A stretch of DNA of 64,000 nt from an uncultured Alphaproteobacteria bacterium (GCA_963815535.1 CAWFGS010000006.1:11478-75477), one strand, 5' to 3'; shown: positions 1 to 8,185, numbered from the stretch's first letter. Translations and numbers: made by a program. Notes: generated by a model from the letters alone, not told the origin.

Positions 1-2
1 TC

Positions 3-1627
3 ATGCCCGCGACGCCCGTGCTGTCGAATGGCGGAACCGGGCGCGGCCTGCCGATTTCCTGCTACCTCAATTCCGTCAGCGACAGCCTGGACGGCATCGT
101 CAACACCTGGAACGAGAATGTCTGGCTGGCGTCCAAAGGCGGCGGCATCGGCACCTATTGGGGCAATGTGCGCGGCATCGGCGAACCGGTCGGCCTCAAC
201 GGCAAGACCAGCGGCATCATCCCCTTCGTGCGGGTGATGGACAGTCTGACTCTGGCGATTTCGCAAGGGTCGCTGCGGCGCGGATCGGCCGCCTGCTATC
301 TCGACGTGTCGCACCCGGAAATCGAGGAGTTCCTCGAAATCCGCAAGGCGAGCGGCGATTTCAACCGCAAGGCGCTCAATCTGCATCACGGCGTGCTGCT
401 GACGGACAAGTTCATGGAAGCGGTCCGCAATGGGGAGCCGTTCGATCTGATCAGCCCCAAGACGGGCGAGGTCCGCTCCACCATCGATGCGCGGTCGCTG
501 TTCCAGAAACTGGTGGAAACGCGGCTGGCGACGGGCGAACCCTACATCGTGTTCAACGACACGGTGAACCGCATGATGCCCAAGCACCACCGCGAGCTGG
601 GGTTGAAGGTTTCGACCTCGAACCTGTGCAGCGAAATCACTCTGCCGACCGGCGTCGATCATCTGGGCAACGACCGGACGGCGGTGTGCTGCCTGTCGTC
701 GCTGAACCTGGAAAAATGGGAAGAATGGTCGGGCGACAAGCGGTTCATCGAAGACGTCATGCGGATGCTCGACAATGTGCTGCAGGATTACATCGACCGC
801 GCGCCCGACAATATGGCGCGCGCGAAATACTCCGCGTCAGCCGCGAACGCAGCGTCGGGCTGGGCGTGATGGGGTTCCATTCCTTCCTGCAGGCGAAAAA
901 CCTGCCGATGGAAGGGAGCATGGCCAAGGTCTGGAACCTGAAAATGTTCAAACACATTTCGGGTAAGGCGGAAGAGGCCAGCCTGCTGCTCGCGAAAGAA
1001 CGCGGGCCGTGCCCCGATGCCGCCGAAACCGGCGCGATGGAACGGTTCAGCTGCAAGATGGCGATCGCGCCGACCGCGTCGATCTCGATCATCTGCGGCG
1101 GCACGTCGGCGTGTATCGAGCCGATCCCGGCGAATATCTACACGCACAAGACCCTGTCGGGCAGCTTCGTCGTGAAGAACCCGTATCTGGAAAAGCTGCT
1201 GCGTAAGAAGTCCAAGGATTCCAACAATGTGTGGAACTCGATCCTGGAACAGGGCGGCAGCGTGGCGCATCTCGATTTCCTGAGCGCGGAGGAGAAGGCG
1301 ACTTTCCGCACCAGTTTCGAAATCGATCAGCGTTACCTGCTGGAATACGCCGCCGACCGCGCGCCGTTCATCGATCAGGCGCAGTCGCTCAACCTGTTCA
1401 TTCCCGCCGATGTGGACAAATGGGATCTGATGATGCTGCATTTCCAGGCATGGGAAAAAGGCATCAAGTCGCTCTATTACCTGCGCTCCAAATCGATCCA
1501 GCGCGCCGGTTTCGCGGGCGCGGGCGGGGGCGTGGAAGCGGACAACACCGCCGACCCCGCCAAAATCGAACTGAGCGCCGCCGGCGCGGAGCAGACCGAT
1601 TACGAGGAATGTCTGAGCTGTCAGTAG
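3..1627 (+). CDS. nrdA: Ribonucleoside-diphosphate reductase alpha subunit (class I NrdA), 5'-truncated by window edge; frame broken once near 830-845
   Basis: ORF 3..869 (SNLCSEITLPTG, RTAVCCLSSLNLEKW) continues in the frame of ORF 158..1627 from RERSVGLGVMGFHSF to the C-terminal CLSC tail. The junction YSA|SRER implies a 1-nt deletion relative to an intact gene. Confidence 0.9.
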   Translation, partial: ARDARAVEWRNRARPADFLLPQFRQRQPGRHRQHLERECLAGVQRRRHRHLLGQCARHRRTGRPQRQDQRHHPLRAGDGQSDSGDFARVAAARIGRLLSRRVAPGNRGVPRNPQGERRFQPQGAQSASRRAADGQVHGSGPQWGAVRSDQPQDGRGPLHHRCAVAVPETGGNAAGDGRTLHRVQRHGEPHDAQAPPRAGVEGFDLEPVQRNHSADRRRSSGQRPDGGVLPVVAEPGKMGRMVGRQAVHRRRHADARQCAAGLHRPRARQYGAREILRVSRERSVGLGVMGFHSFLQAKNLPMEGSMAKVWNLKMFKHISGKAEEASLLLAKERGPCPDAAETGAMERFSCKMAIAPTASISIICGGTSACIEPIPANIYTHKTLSGSFVVKNPYLEKLLRKKSKDSNNVWNSILEQGGSVAHLDFLSAEEKATFRTSFEIDQRYLLEYAADRAPFIDQAQSLNLFIPADVDKWDLMMLHFQAWEKGIKSLYYLRSKSIQRAGFAGAGGGVEADNTADPAKIELSAAGAEQTDYEECLSCQ

Positions 1628-1651
1628 TAGCAGCAATCGAAAGAAACCGAA

Positions 1652-2020
1652 ATGAACGACGAACGCATCTGGGAATTCGAACGCGAGCTGTGGGTCGGGC
1701 CTGCCGATGCCTACGATCGCAAAGTGGCCGACACGGTCGTGATGGCGTTGCCGACCGATCCGTGGCTGCTGGACGGCAAGGCGGCGCGCGCGGCGGTGAA
1801 GGATACGCCCCGGTGGGAGGAGGTCGCCTTTTCCGACACGCATGTGGAACGCCCGGAACACGGCCTGATCGTCATCGCCTATCGCGCGCAGGCATCGCGC
1901 GGGGGCCATCATTACGACGCATTGTGCACCAGCACTCTGCGCCGGGTGTCGGAAGAGGATTGGGAAGTCGTGCAGCACCAGCAGACCCCGCTCGAAACCA
2001 AGGTCGCGGCCCCATCGTAA
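1652..2020 (+). CDS. Hypothetical protein, possibly NTF2/SnoaL-like (DUF4440-like) fold
   Basis: Intact 122-aa ORF starting 25 nt after the nrdA stop. The fold assignment rests only on general sequence character (tentative). Confidence 0.55.
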   Translation: MNDERIWEFERELWVGPADAYDRKVADTVVMALPTDPWLLDGKAARAAVKDTPRWEEVAFSDTHVERPEHGLIVIAYRAQASRGGHHYDALCTSTLRRVSEEDWEVVQHQQTPLETKVAAPS

Positions 2021-2060
2021 CGGGCATCTCGAACGCGCGGGCGGCAGTGCCGGGCCGGTG

Positions 2061-2222
2061 ATGACCACCGTCTTCTACCTCGCCGGGCTGGGCCTGCTGC
2101 TGTTCATGGCGTTCATCCTGTGGGACGGCATCGGGCGCAAACGGCCCGTCATCGCGCGCGGGTTTGCGATCGTGGTGTTGGGCGTTGCGGCCTATATCGT
2201 TTGGGAATTGCTGCCGATCTGA
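2061..2222 (+). CDS. Small hydrophobic (two-TM) hypothetical protein, 53 aa
   Basis: ATG at 2061, TGA at 2220-2222. Translation is MTTVFYLAGLGLLLFMAFILWDGIGRKRPVIARGFAIVVLGVAAYIVWELLPI. It is below the ORF-track length cut-off. Confidence 0.35.
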   Translation: MTTVFYLAGLGLLLFMAFILWDGIGRKRPVIARGFAIVVLGVAAYIVWELLPI

Positions 2223-2237
2223 CCGGAGTCGCCCGGC

Positions 2238-2282
2238 ATGAAAGACAGGCATGAAAGACAGGCATGAAAGACAGGCATGAAA
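2238..2282. repeat. 13-bp tandem repeat ATGAAAGACAGGC x3 plus a partial fourth copy
   Basis: Perfect copies at 2238-2250, 2251-2263 and 2264-2276, then ATGAAA at 2277-2282. The repeat is intergenic. Confidence 0.95.
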
Positions 2283-2326
2283 AACCCCGGCCCTTCGCCA
2301 TGAAGAACCGGGGCTTCCCTTTTTTA
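2281..2326. terminator. Bidirectional rho-independent terminator candidate
   Basis: Stem CCCCGG (2285-2290) / CCGGGG (2308-2313), flanked by an A-run upstream and a T-run (2320-2325) downstream. It sits between convergent genes. Confidence 0.55.
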
Positions 2327-2340
2327 CAGCATCGCCAGCG

Positions 2341-2649
2341 TTACAGCGTGCGCCCCGCATCGGCCCGTGCGCGGGCGGCGGGATCGGCGGATGTCTCCCC
2401 GACGAAGCCGTCGCCTTTGCTTTCGGGCGCTTTCGACGCGCCGGAGCCATCCTTGCCCGCATCCTTCTCCGACTTGCCGTCCTCGTCCCGCGCATTGCCG
2501 TAACCCGGTTGCGCGCCGCCTTCCTTCTCGCCGCCCTGTTCGGCTTGCCGCGTCGTGGCCTCGCGCGGGCCGGTGCGCGAAGGTTCCGGCGTATCGCCGC
2601 CTTGCGAATGCGTTACGTCGCGGCTGTCGTTCGGTTCATACTCGCCCAT
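2341..2649 (-). CDS. Small hydrophilic, Gly/Glu/Asp/Lys-rich (probably disordered) hypothetical protein
   Basis: ORF 2341..2670. The ATG for MGEYEPNDSRD at 2649 is preceded by AAGGA about 7 nt upstream. The composition is low-complexity and acidic. Confidence 0.5.
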   Translation of the reverse strand: MGEYEPNDSRDVTHSQGGDTPEPSRTGPREATTRQAEQGGEKEGGAQPGYGNARDEDGKSEKDAGKDGSGASKAPESKGDGFVGETSADPAARARADAGRTL

Positions 2650-2967
2650 CGTCGTTTCCTTTTGTTTCAAGCGCCGGACCGGTTGCCCAACTGATCGGCA
2701 AACCGGCCGAACTCGCCTGCTTTCGTTGTCCGATCAACGCGCGATGGTCCCCGTTCGTTCCACGACACCGCGCTTATCAACAGCAACATGCCCCGCCCGA
2801 TTTCGCGCCCCCGGCCCGCGCGCCTACCTTCCCTTGATCGAATCGCGAAACCCCCGGCGACCGGCGCAGGCCGGCGAACTTTTTACGCGCCGGGGCGTTT
2901 AGCGGATTCCAAAACCTATCATGGTGTGGCACAACCGATAGCTGCCAGACCCAATCGGAGATACCAG

Positions 2968-4047
2968 ATGTCGTTGCTCGAAGCCCGCAAGACCTACAAG
3001 CCATTCGAATATCCGTGGGCCTACGAGTTCTGGAAACGCCAGCAACAGATCCACTGGATGCCCGAAGAAGTGCCGCTGGGCGAGGATTGCCGCGACTGGG
3101 CGCAGAACCTGTCCGACCATGAACGCAATCTGCTGACCCAGATATTCCGTTTCTTCACCCAGGCCGATATCGAGGTGCAGGATTGCTACCACGAAAAATA
3201 CGGCCGGGTGTTCAAACCGACCGAGGTCAAGATGATGCTGGCCGCGTTCTCCAACATGGAAACGGTCCACATCGCGGCCTATTCCCACCTCCTCGACACG
3301 ATCGGCATGCCCGAAAGCGAATACGGCATGTTCCTGGAATATGAGGAGATGAAGGCCAAGCACGATTACCTGCAGGAATTCGGCGTCGATTCGGACGAGG
3401 ATATCGCCCGCACGCTGGCCATGTTCGGCGGCTTCACCGAAGGGCTGCAGCTGTTCGCCAGCTTCGCCATGCTGATGAACTTCCCCCGCTTCAACAAGAT
3501 GAAGGGGATGGGCCAGATCGTCAGCTGGTCCGTGCGCGACGAGAGCCTCCATTGCGAAGGCATCACGCGGATGTTCCACGCCTTCACGAAAGAACGCGAC
3601 TGCCTGACCAAGGCGGTGAAGGACGACATCATGGATTGCTGCCAGACGGTGGTGCGGATGGAAGATGCCTTCATCGATCTGGCTTTCGCGGAAGGCCCGG
3701 TGGAAGGGATGACGCCCAAGGATATCAAGAAATACGTCCGCTACATCGCCGACTGGCGCCTGTCGCAACTGGGCCTGCCCGCGATCTATCTGGTGGAAGA
3801 CCACCCGCTGCCATGGCTGACGCCGCTGCTGAACGGGGTGGAGCACGCCAATTTCTTCGAAACCCGCGCCACCGAATATTCCAAGGGCGCGACGACCGGC
3901 AAGTGGCAGGACGTATGGTCCAGCTTCGACAAGCGCGTGAAGGCGAAAGGCGACATGGCCGTGGGCGCGAACGACGAAGCCGTCGATGACGGGCCGGGGT
4001 TGTTTGGGGATGATGCTGGTGACGCGGTGAGTGTGGCGGCGGAGTAG
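2968..4047 (+). CDS. nrdB: Ribonucleoside-diphosphate reductase beta subunit (class Ia NrdB)
   Basis: ATG 2968 is preceded by GGAG. The protein MSLLEARKTYKPFEYPWAYEFW has the ExxH...Y iron/radical motif METVHIAAYSHL and is intact to the stop at 4047. Confidence 0.95.
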   Translation: MSLLEARKTYKPFEYPWAYEFWKRQQQIHWMPEEVPLGEDCRDWAQNLSDHERNLLTQIFRFFTQADIEVQDCYHEKYGRVFKPTEVKMMLAAFSNMETVHIAAYSHLLDTIGMPESEYGMFLEYEEMKAKHDYLQEFGVDSDEDIARTLAMFGGFTEGLQLFASFAMLMNFPRFNKMKGMGQIVSWSVRDESLHCEGITRMFHAFTKERDCLTKAVKDDIMDCCQTVVRMEDAFIDLAFAEGPVEGMTPKDIKKYVRYIADWRLSQLGLPAIYLVEDHPLPWLTPLLNGVEHANFFETRATEYSKGATTGKWQDVWSSFDKRVKAKGDMAVGANDEAVDDGPGLFGDDAGDAVSVAAE

Positions 4048-4119
4048 GGGTAACTATGATAAAAAATCATGTCTGTTATTGATTTGTAGGATTTTGCAGC
4101 CTACCTGAAGCTCAATCGC

Positions 4120-4173
4120 ACCCGCCCGGCCTCTCCCATTTTGGTGATGCACACTGGGCGGGTCTTTTGTTTT
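4120..4173 (+). terminator. nrdB rho-independent terminator candidate
   Basis: ACCCGCCC (4120-4127) pairs with GGGCGGGT (4156-4163), followed by CTTTTGTTTT. The loop is rather long. Confidence 0.45.
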
Positions 4174-4201
4174 CAGCGTCTTGCATTAAGCAGAGAGCGC
4201 T

Positions 4202-5107
4202 TTGAGATTTTCAAAACCTTCACTGACCTATACCCAGCAAATTTCGCACCTGCGTGCAAAGGGTATGCAGATAGCTGATGATGATGAAGCTGCGTACTGG
4301 CTTCATCATGTTAGCTACTATCGGTTGAGTGCGTACTGGCTCTATTTTGAAAACCCAAAAGACTACGACGGACCGCGTTTTCGACCGGGAACAAGTTTTT
4401 CCGACATAACATCACTTTATGATTTTGACCGAAATCTAAGAAGGATGGTTATGCGCGGTACGGAACATGTTGAGGTCGCACTTCGAGGAAGTTGGGCTTA
4501 CCAACTTGCACATACTGGAGGACCTCACGGCTACCTTGAAGCCCAACTCTACCGAGACAAAAAAGAATTACAGCAAAGTAAACGAAAGCTTTATGCCGCG
4601 ACCAAAGGATCAAAAGACACTTATATTAATCATTATCTGTCAAAATATTCAAATCCAAAACTCCCACCTGTATGGATGGTAGCTGAAATGATGTCATTTG
4701 GACAACTATCTCGTTGGTATAGCAATCTAAATGACCGTCGTTTAAGAAACGCAATTGCTGAACCTCTCGGACTACCTGAGACTGTCTTAGTGCCCCTAAT
4801 TCGGCATGTAACTGATATGCGTAATATCTGTGCTCATCATGGCCGATTATGGAACCGTGGATTTATCCACCCTCCAAAATTAGCACAAAAACCGTTGGAT
4901 CTAACTAGTTCACTTGATCTACAATCAACGCAAGCTCCAGCTAAGTTATATAATGGTCTTACCACAGTTGCACATATTGTACGGACTGTAGCTCCCGATT
5001 CCAGCTGGGTAGGTGATTTAAGTTCGCTGGTAGACAAAAATCCTACGAATGATTGTCAGTCCATGGGCTTTCCAAACGATTGGCAAACGAAGCCACTTTG
5101 GAGATGA
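4202..5107 (+). CDS. Abi_2 family (AbiD/AbiF-like) abortive-infection / phage-resistance protein
   Basis: Intact 301-aa ORF in a visibly AT-rich segment. Family hallmarks recognised by eye: HVSYYRLSAYW, LYDFDRNLRR, PPVWMVAEMMSFGQLS, MRNICAHHGRLWNR. Confidence 0.85.
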   Translation: MRFSKPSLTYTQQISHLRAKGMQIADDDEAAYWLHHVSYYRLSAYWLYFENPKDYDGPRFRPGTSFSDITSLYDFDRNLRRMVMRGTEHVEVALRGSWAYQLAHTGGPHGYLEAQLYRDKKELQQSKRKLYAATKGSKDTYINHYLSKYSNPKLPPVWMVAEMMSFGQLSRWYSNLNDRRLRNAIAEPLGLPETVLVPLIRHVTDMRNICAHHGRLWNRGFIHPPKLAQKPLDLTSSLDLQSTQAPAKLYNGLTTVAHIVRTVAPDSSWVGDLSSLVDKNPTNDCQSMGFPNDWQTKPLWR

Positions 5108-5352
5108 TTAGGTAAGTTTAGTACCACCTCTTCGGTACTGCGTAACTGTTCGCCTGTTTCTCCACAGCTTGATTCTATTGGGCGTTTACGGCTCATATAG
5201 TCGAGAACTCTAGCGAGATACAGGGTAGATTATTTTCGATGCAGTGCGTCAGTATTGCTAGTTGCCTTCCGCTTGATACACTTACCAGATGGCGGCGACG
5301 ATAATCCATGCGGTAGCGCCCTGTAACCGTTCGCGTCCGGCATATTCTAAAT

Positions 5353-5405
5353 GTTGCTAACGACATACACTCGTTGCTTACGCAATTACAGCATGTTGCA
5401 TAGCG
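5353..5405 (+). repeat. Three phased direct repeats GTTGCWWA(N)CG spaced 20-22 bp
   Basis: GTTGCTAACG at 5353, GTTGCTTACG at 5373 and GTTGCATAGCG at 5395. They lie inside a roughly 370 bp AT-rich stretch with no credible ORF. Confidence 0.6.
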
Positions 5406-5479
5406 GTTCATTGGGGAACGGTAACAAGTTGAGCGCTTGGTGAAGAGATGTTTCGTTTTGGTCGGGCTAACGCCCAACG

Positions 5480-5755
5480 CCTCAAACGCCGGGCGGGGTG
5501 CATCCGCACCTTTTGGCTTCCTAACATAAGCTCGGGCGGCTGGTCGGCCTCGCGGTCCGCTGGATGCGAGCCGGATTAGCGCGGAGGTCGCTATCTCGAG
5601 CCATGTTTCCTTGGTCCCGGCTAGCTATCTTACGCCCAGAACCGGGCGCTCCTTTATCAATCTGGCATTGATCCGGCGAGCGAAGCGAGCCGCAAGCGCG
5701 ACCGCGCGCCCGAGCTTATGCGAGGAAGCAAGCAAGGCGGATGCCTTGCGCCCGC
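5480..5755 (+). repeat. GC-rich structured palindromic repeat element, copy 1
   Basis: The core CCTCAAACGCCGGGCGGGGTGCATCCGCACCTTTTGGCTTC matches copy 2 at 38 of 41 positions. Arms of about 45-50 nt (5488-5538 vs 5708-5755, including perfect ATAAGCTCGGGCG / CGCCCGAGCTTAT) flank about 170 nt. Confidence 0.75.
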
Positions 5756-6067
5756 AGGGTCCAAACAAATAACGCGCCTGAACCTTGGTTCACTACCTTG
5801 CTATCTCGCTTCAAGAACCTGGGCGCGGGCTTGCATCACTTCGGGTGGGTAAAGATTCCGAAACCGGACATCTGCATGATCGTCACCATGGGAAATGTTC
5901 GCCAATTCAAACCCACCTCAGCACGCAAGCTTCGCGAAACTGTATACACTGACCGAGGGTCACGCCTCACACCCGCTGCGTCAAGCAGCACGGGGATCGG
6001 ATCGCGCTTTGCCATTACCGTAGCAGCAATTTCGGTCGCCACGTTTCTAGCGGTGTTCTGGTGGTGA
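5741..6067 (+). CDS. Hypothetical small protein with C-terminal TM segment (likely shorter, internal ATG about 5876)
   Basis: The ORF sits exactly between the two repeat elements. The C-terminus FAITVAAISVATFLAVFWW is hydrophobic. No recognisable family, and coding status is uncertain. Confidence 0.3.
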   Translation: MPCARRVQTNNAPEPWFTTLLSRFKNLGAGLHHFGWVKIPKPDICMIVTMGNVRQFKPTSARKLRETVYTDRGSRLTPAASSSTGIGSRFAITVAAISVATFLAVFWW

Positions 6068-6090
6068 GGTTTTGAGCTTTTTGTTTAGAC

Positions 6091-6262
6091 CCTCAAACGC
6101 CGGGCGGGGTGCATCCGTACCCCTTGGCTTCGCGCTACCGCGCGGCGGGCGGTCGCCCTTGCGGTCCGCTGGGCGCGGACCGGGGTTTGCTACCTAGCGT
6201 GTAGGCGCGGCTTCGAGGATGTGTCGCGCGATGCTTGGGCGCGGTGGGATGCGGGCCGGCAG
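6091..6262 (+). repeat. GC-rich structured palindromic repeat element, copy 2
   Basis: CCTCAAACGCCGGGCGGGGTGCATCCGTACCCCTTGGCTTC is followed by colinear homology to copy 1 (GCGGTCCGCTGG about 70 nt in). There is an internal hairpin CGGTCCGC-TGGGC-GCGGACCG, and the distal GGATGC pairs with GCATCC. Confidence 0.75.
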
Positions 6263-6672
6263 GACTGGGTTTTGCGAACAGTGTTCGATCATGCGTTCTG
6301 CCATCGTTGCGATTGCGACAGGTCTTTGGTCGAGGTTCCCGCCCGCTAGTCTGCCGTTCGTTTCGCAGGGATGGCCGCGAGGGCGCTTCCGGTCGGAACG
6401 AGTGTCGTGTTTCGGCAGGGCCGACGCTCGCCCGCTCGAACGCGCTTGTCGTCATAGGGGGCAGGTTTTCATACCGGACAGGTGGGCGGGGCAGGCGGCC
6501 GGGGCAAGCGGGTGGCGCGCATCCGCATTCGCCGCAAACGCGGCGGGGTGTGCGCCATGCTTTGATGTCGGAACCGAGATCGGGATCGGGGAAGGGTCTG
6601 TCCTACATTCCCGCGCGATGGCACAAGGCGCGCGCTGGGCGAGCCGCTGTGTCGCGCACGCCGATCCGCGAC

Positions 6673-6711
6673 CGATAATTTCCTACATTCGAACGATAAT
6701 TTCCAACATTC
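6673..6711 (+). repeat. Two 18-bp direct repeats CGATAATTTCCWACATTC, 21 bp apart
   Basis: Copies at 6673-6690 and 6694-6711. A related TCCTACATTCC occurs at 6601-6611. All are in a roughly 550 bp GC-rich region without a credible ORF. Confidence 0.8.
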
Positions 6712-6812
6712 CGGCCAAAGCAAAGCGTGCCCCGCGGCTGTGTTTCATCAACTTGTGTCCGTGATGCGATGCCATATTCTGCGGTCGGGCCGTGCGCCAT
6801 CTCGCGAATATA

Positions 6813-7365
6813 TCAGGCGGCGGGGCACCAGTTCATGCGCGGGCCGCCCCATTTCGCGGCGAGGTTTTCGCGGACCAGCACCGCGCCCAGGCTTTCGCCC
6901 GTCGCGGGTCAGCACGCGCAGAGCCCGGCCGTATCGGTCCGTGTCCCGCCCGCCATCGGGGTGCGTCACGGTAAAGGGGCCGGCATTGGCCAGCGCCATC
7001 ATCCGGCGCGTCGCCCGGCGGCCCAGCGCGGCCTCGCGCGGACAGGCGGGGCGCGTCACTTCGGGCGTGTCGATATCGGCGATGCGGATCTTCTCGCCCT
7101 CGATCCACAGCGTGTCGCCATCGACGATGCAAGTCACGCGCCGCGCCGCGCGGTTCGTGCCCCGGCACGGCGCGAATTGCATGGTTGGCGCAGCGGCCCG
7201 ATCGACGTCGCTCGCCACCACCGGCGCGAATAACGGCGCGGCCAGGGCGATCCACGGCACGGCGGCCAGCGCCAGCAGCAGGGTGAATTCCGCCGTGATG
7301 CCGAAGCCCCGCCCTCGGCGTGAAGGGGGATGGGGGGAACGGTGGGAAGATCGATCGGGGGCCAC
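6813..7365 (-). CDS. Thermonuclease (staphylococcal nuclease-like, SNase fold), secreted or membrane-anchored; frame broken once near 6898-6900
   Basis: [24 protein letters not shown] ... [17 protein letters not shown] then continues in another frame as [28 protein letters not shown], with the stop at 6813-6815. An extra G lies in the run GACGGGCGAA. The N-terminal start is uncertain. Confidence 0.7.
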
Positions 7366-7447
7366 CCCCGACCTCTCGGCCGGGCGGGCAGCTGCGCCAA
7401 TCGGGGTGAATACCTATGCCGTGGCGGAAAGCTCCGCCGCTATATTC

Positions 7448-8107
7448 TCACCATCCCCACGGCGCGGGCGGGGCGGGAACCGGCTTCGTCGCGTCGAAGA
7501 CCACCCGGAAATCGCGCGGGGCGGGCGCTCCACCGGCGATCGTGCGCTCCAGTTGATAGGTGATGGTGGCCCCCGGCGCGTCGGCCCCGTCCACGACGAA
7601 GCGCCAGACATTGGTGACCGACGCATCCAGCCCGTTCGCGCGGAACAGGGCGATGCTGTCCGCATCCACTGCGAAGGATTGGGTGTTCGTCGATCCCGTA
7701 TCGGGCGTGTCGCCGCCATATTGGGTCACGGCATCCTCGCTGCCATCGGCGTGGCGGTGATCGTGTTTCAGCCGCAACCCCTCCTGCCCGTCCGCCCCGA
7801 TGCGGGTGACGACCCAGGTGCGCGACCGGTCCCAGCTGCCGTCGGCCTGCCGGATATGGAACGGGATCGCGATCCGCCGATCGCTGCATTCGCGCACATG
7901 CATCACCATTGCCGCCCCGACCATGTCGCGGTCCGCGGCATCGGTGCTGACCATCGCGCCTTCGTAAGCTTGCCCGCAATGGCTCGACAGGTTCGTCCAG
8001 AATGCCTGCTGGGTCAGCAGGCGGGGCGGTTCGTTCTGGGGCGGCGGCATCGTCTGCGCGCAGGCGGCAAGGGTGGGGAGAAGCAGGGCAAGGGGAATGA
8101 TACGCAT
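7448..8107 (-). CDS. Hypothetical lipoprotein
   Basis: Internal start [16 protein letters not shown] (lipobox) at 8107, in frame with ORF 7448..8743. Divergent from argB. Confidence 0.65.
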   Translation of the reverse strand: MRIIPLALLLPTLAACAQTMPPPQNEPPRLLTQQAFWTNLSSHCGQAYEGAMVSTDAADRDMVGAAMVMHVRECSDRRIAIPFHIRQADGSWDRSRTWVVTRIGADGQEGLRLKHDHRHADGSEDAVTQYGGDTPDTGSTNTQSFAVDADSIALFRANGLDASVTNVWRFVVDGADAPGATITYQLERTIAGGAPAPRDFRVVFDATKPVPAPPAPWGW

Positions 8108-8185
8108 GCCCGCACCCTGACACGCGCCCGCGCCGGATGCAAAGGGCGCTTTCACGTTGGCCCCGCCTCCGCTACGGCGCGCAGC

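Noticed and set aside
788-2068. Long antisense or alternative-frame ORFs inside real genes. Examples: 788..2068(-), the 5' two-thirds of 6740..8851(+), 9498..10523(-), 22430..24244(+), 32919..34787(-), 36691..39666(-, 991 aa), 43219..44706(-), 51710..53683(+) and 58635..60053(+).
   Set aside because: Their translations are Arg/Gly/Pro/Ala/His-rich with no recognisable motifs. They lie opposite or out of frame to genes with clear family signatures. These are typical shadow ORFs of GC-rich DNA.
2238-2282. The 13-bp tandem repeat as a possible CRISPR array.
   Set aside because: The units are directly adjacent with no spacers, and they are far shorter than CRISPR repeats. No cas genes are present in the window.
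2650-2967. An NrdR box or cobalamin riboswitch upstream of nrdB.
   Set aside because: Only a weak half-palindrome (AACCTATCATGGTGT) is present. None of the conserved B12-box or riboswitch core sequences could be recognised. This is not supportable without a matrix or covariance-model scan.
5193-5477. The 94-aa minus-strand ORF in the AT-rich tail of the Abi island as a second gene, for example an antitoxin or partner.
   Set aside because: The translation is Cys/Arg/Thr-rich and not protein-like. It has no RBS-like sequence and no family resemblance. The region was treated as non-coding.
5461-6262. Calling the palindromic repeats bona fide integron attC sites (a cassette array carrying the Abi gene).
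   Set aside because: The geometry is suggestive, but I could not find canonical R''/R' cores (RYYYAAC ... GTTRRRY) at the element ends. The elements, at about 170-275 bp, are longer than typical attC sites, and no intI is in the window. I kept this only as a hypothesis inside a finding.
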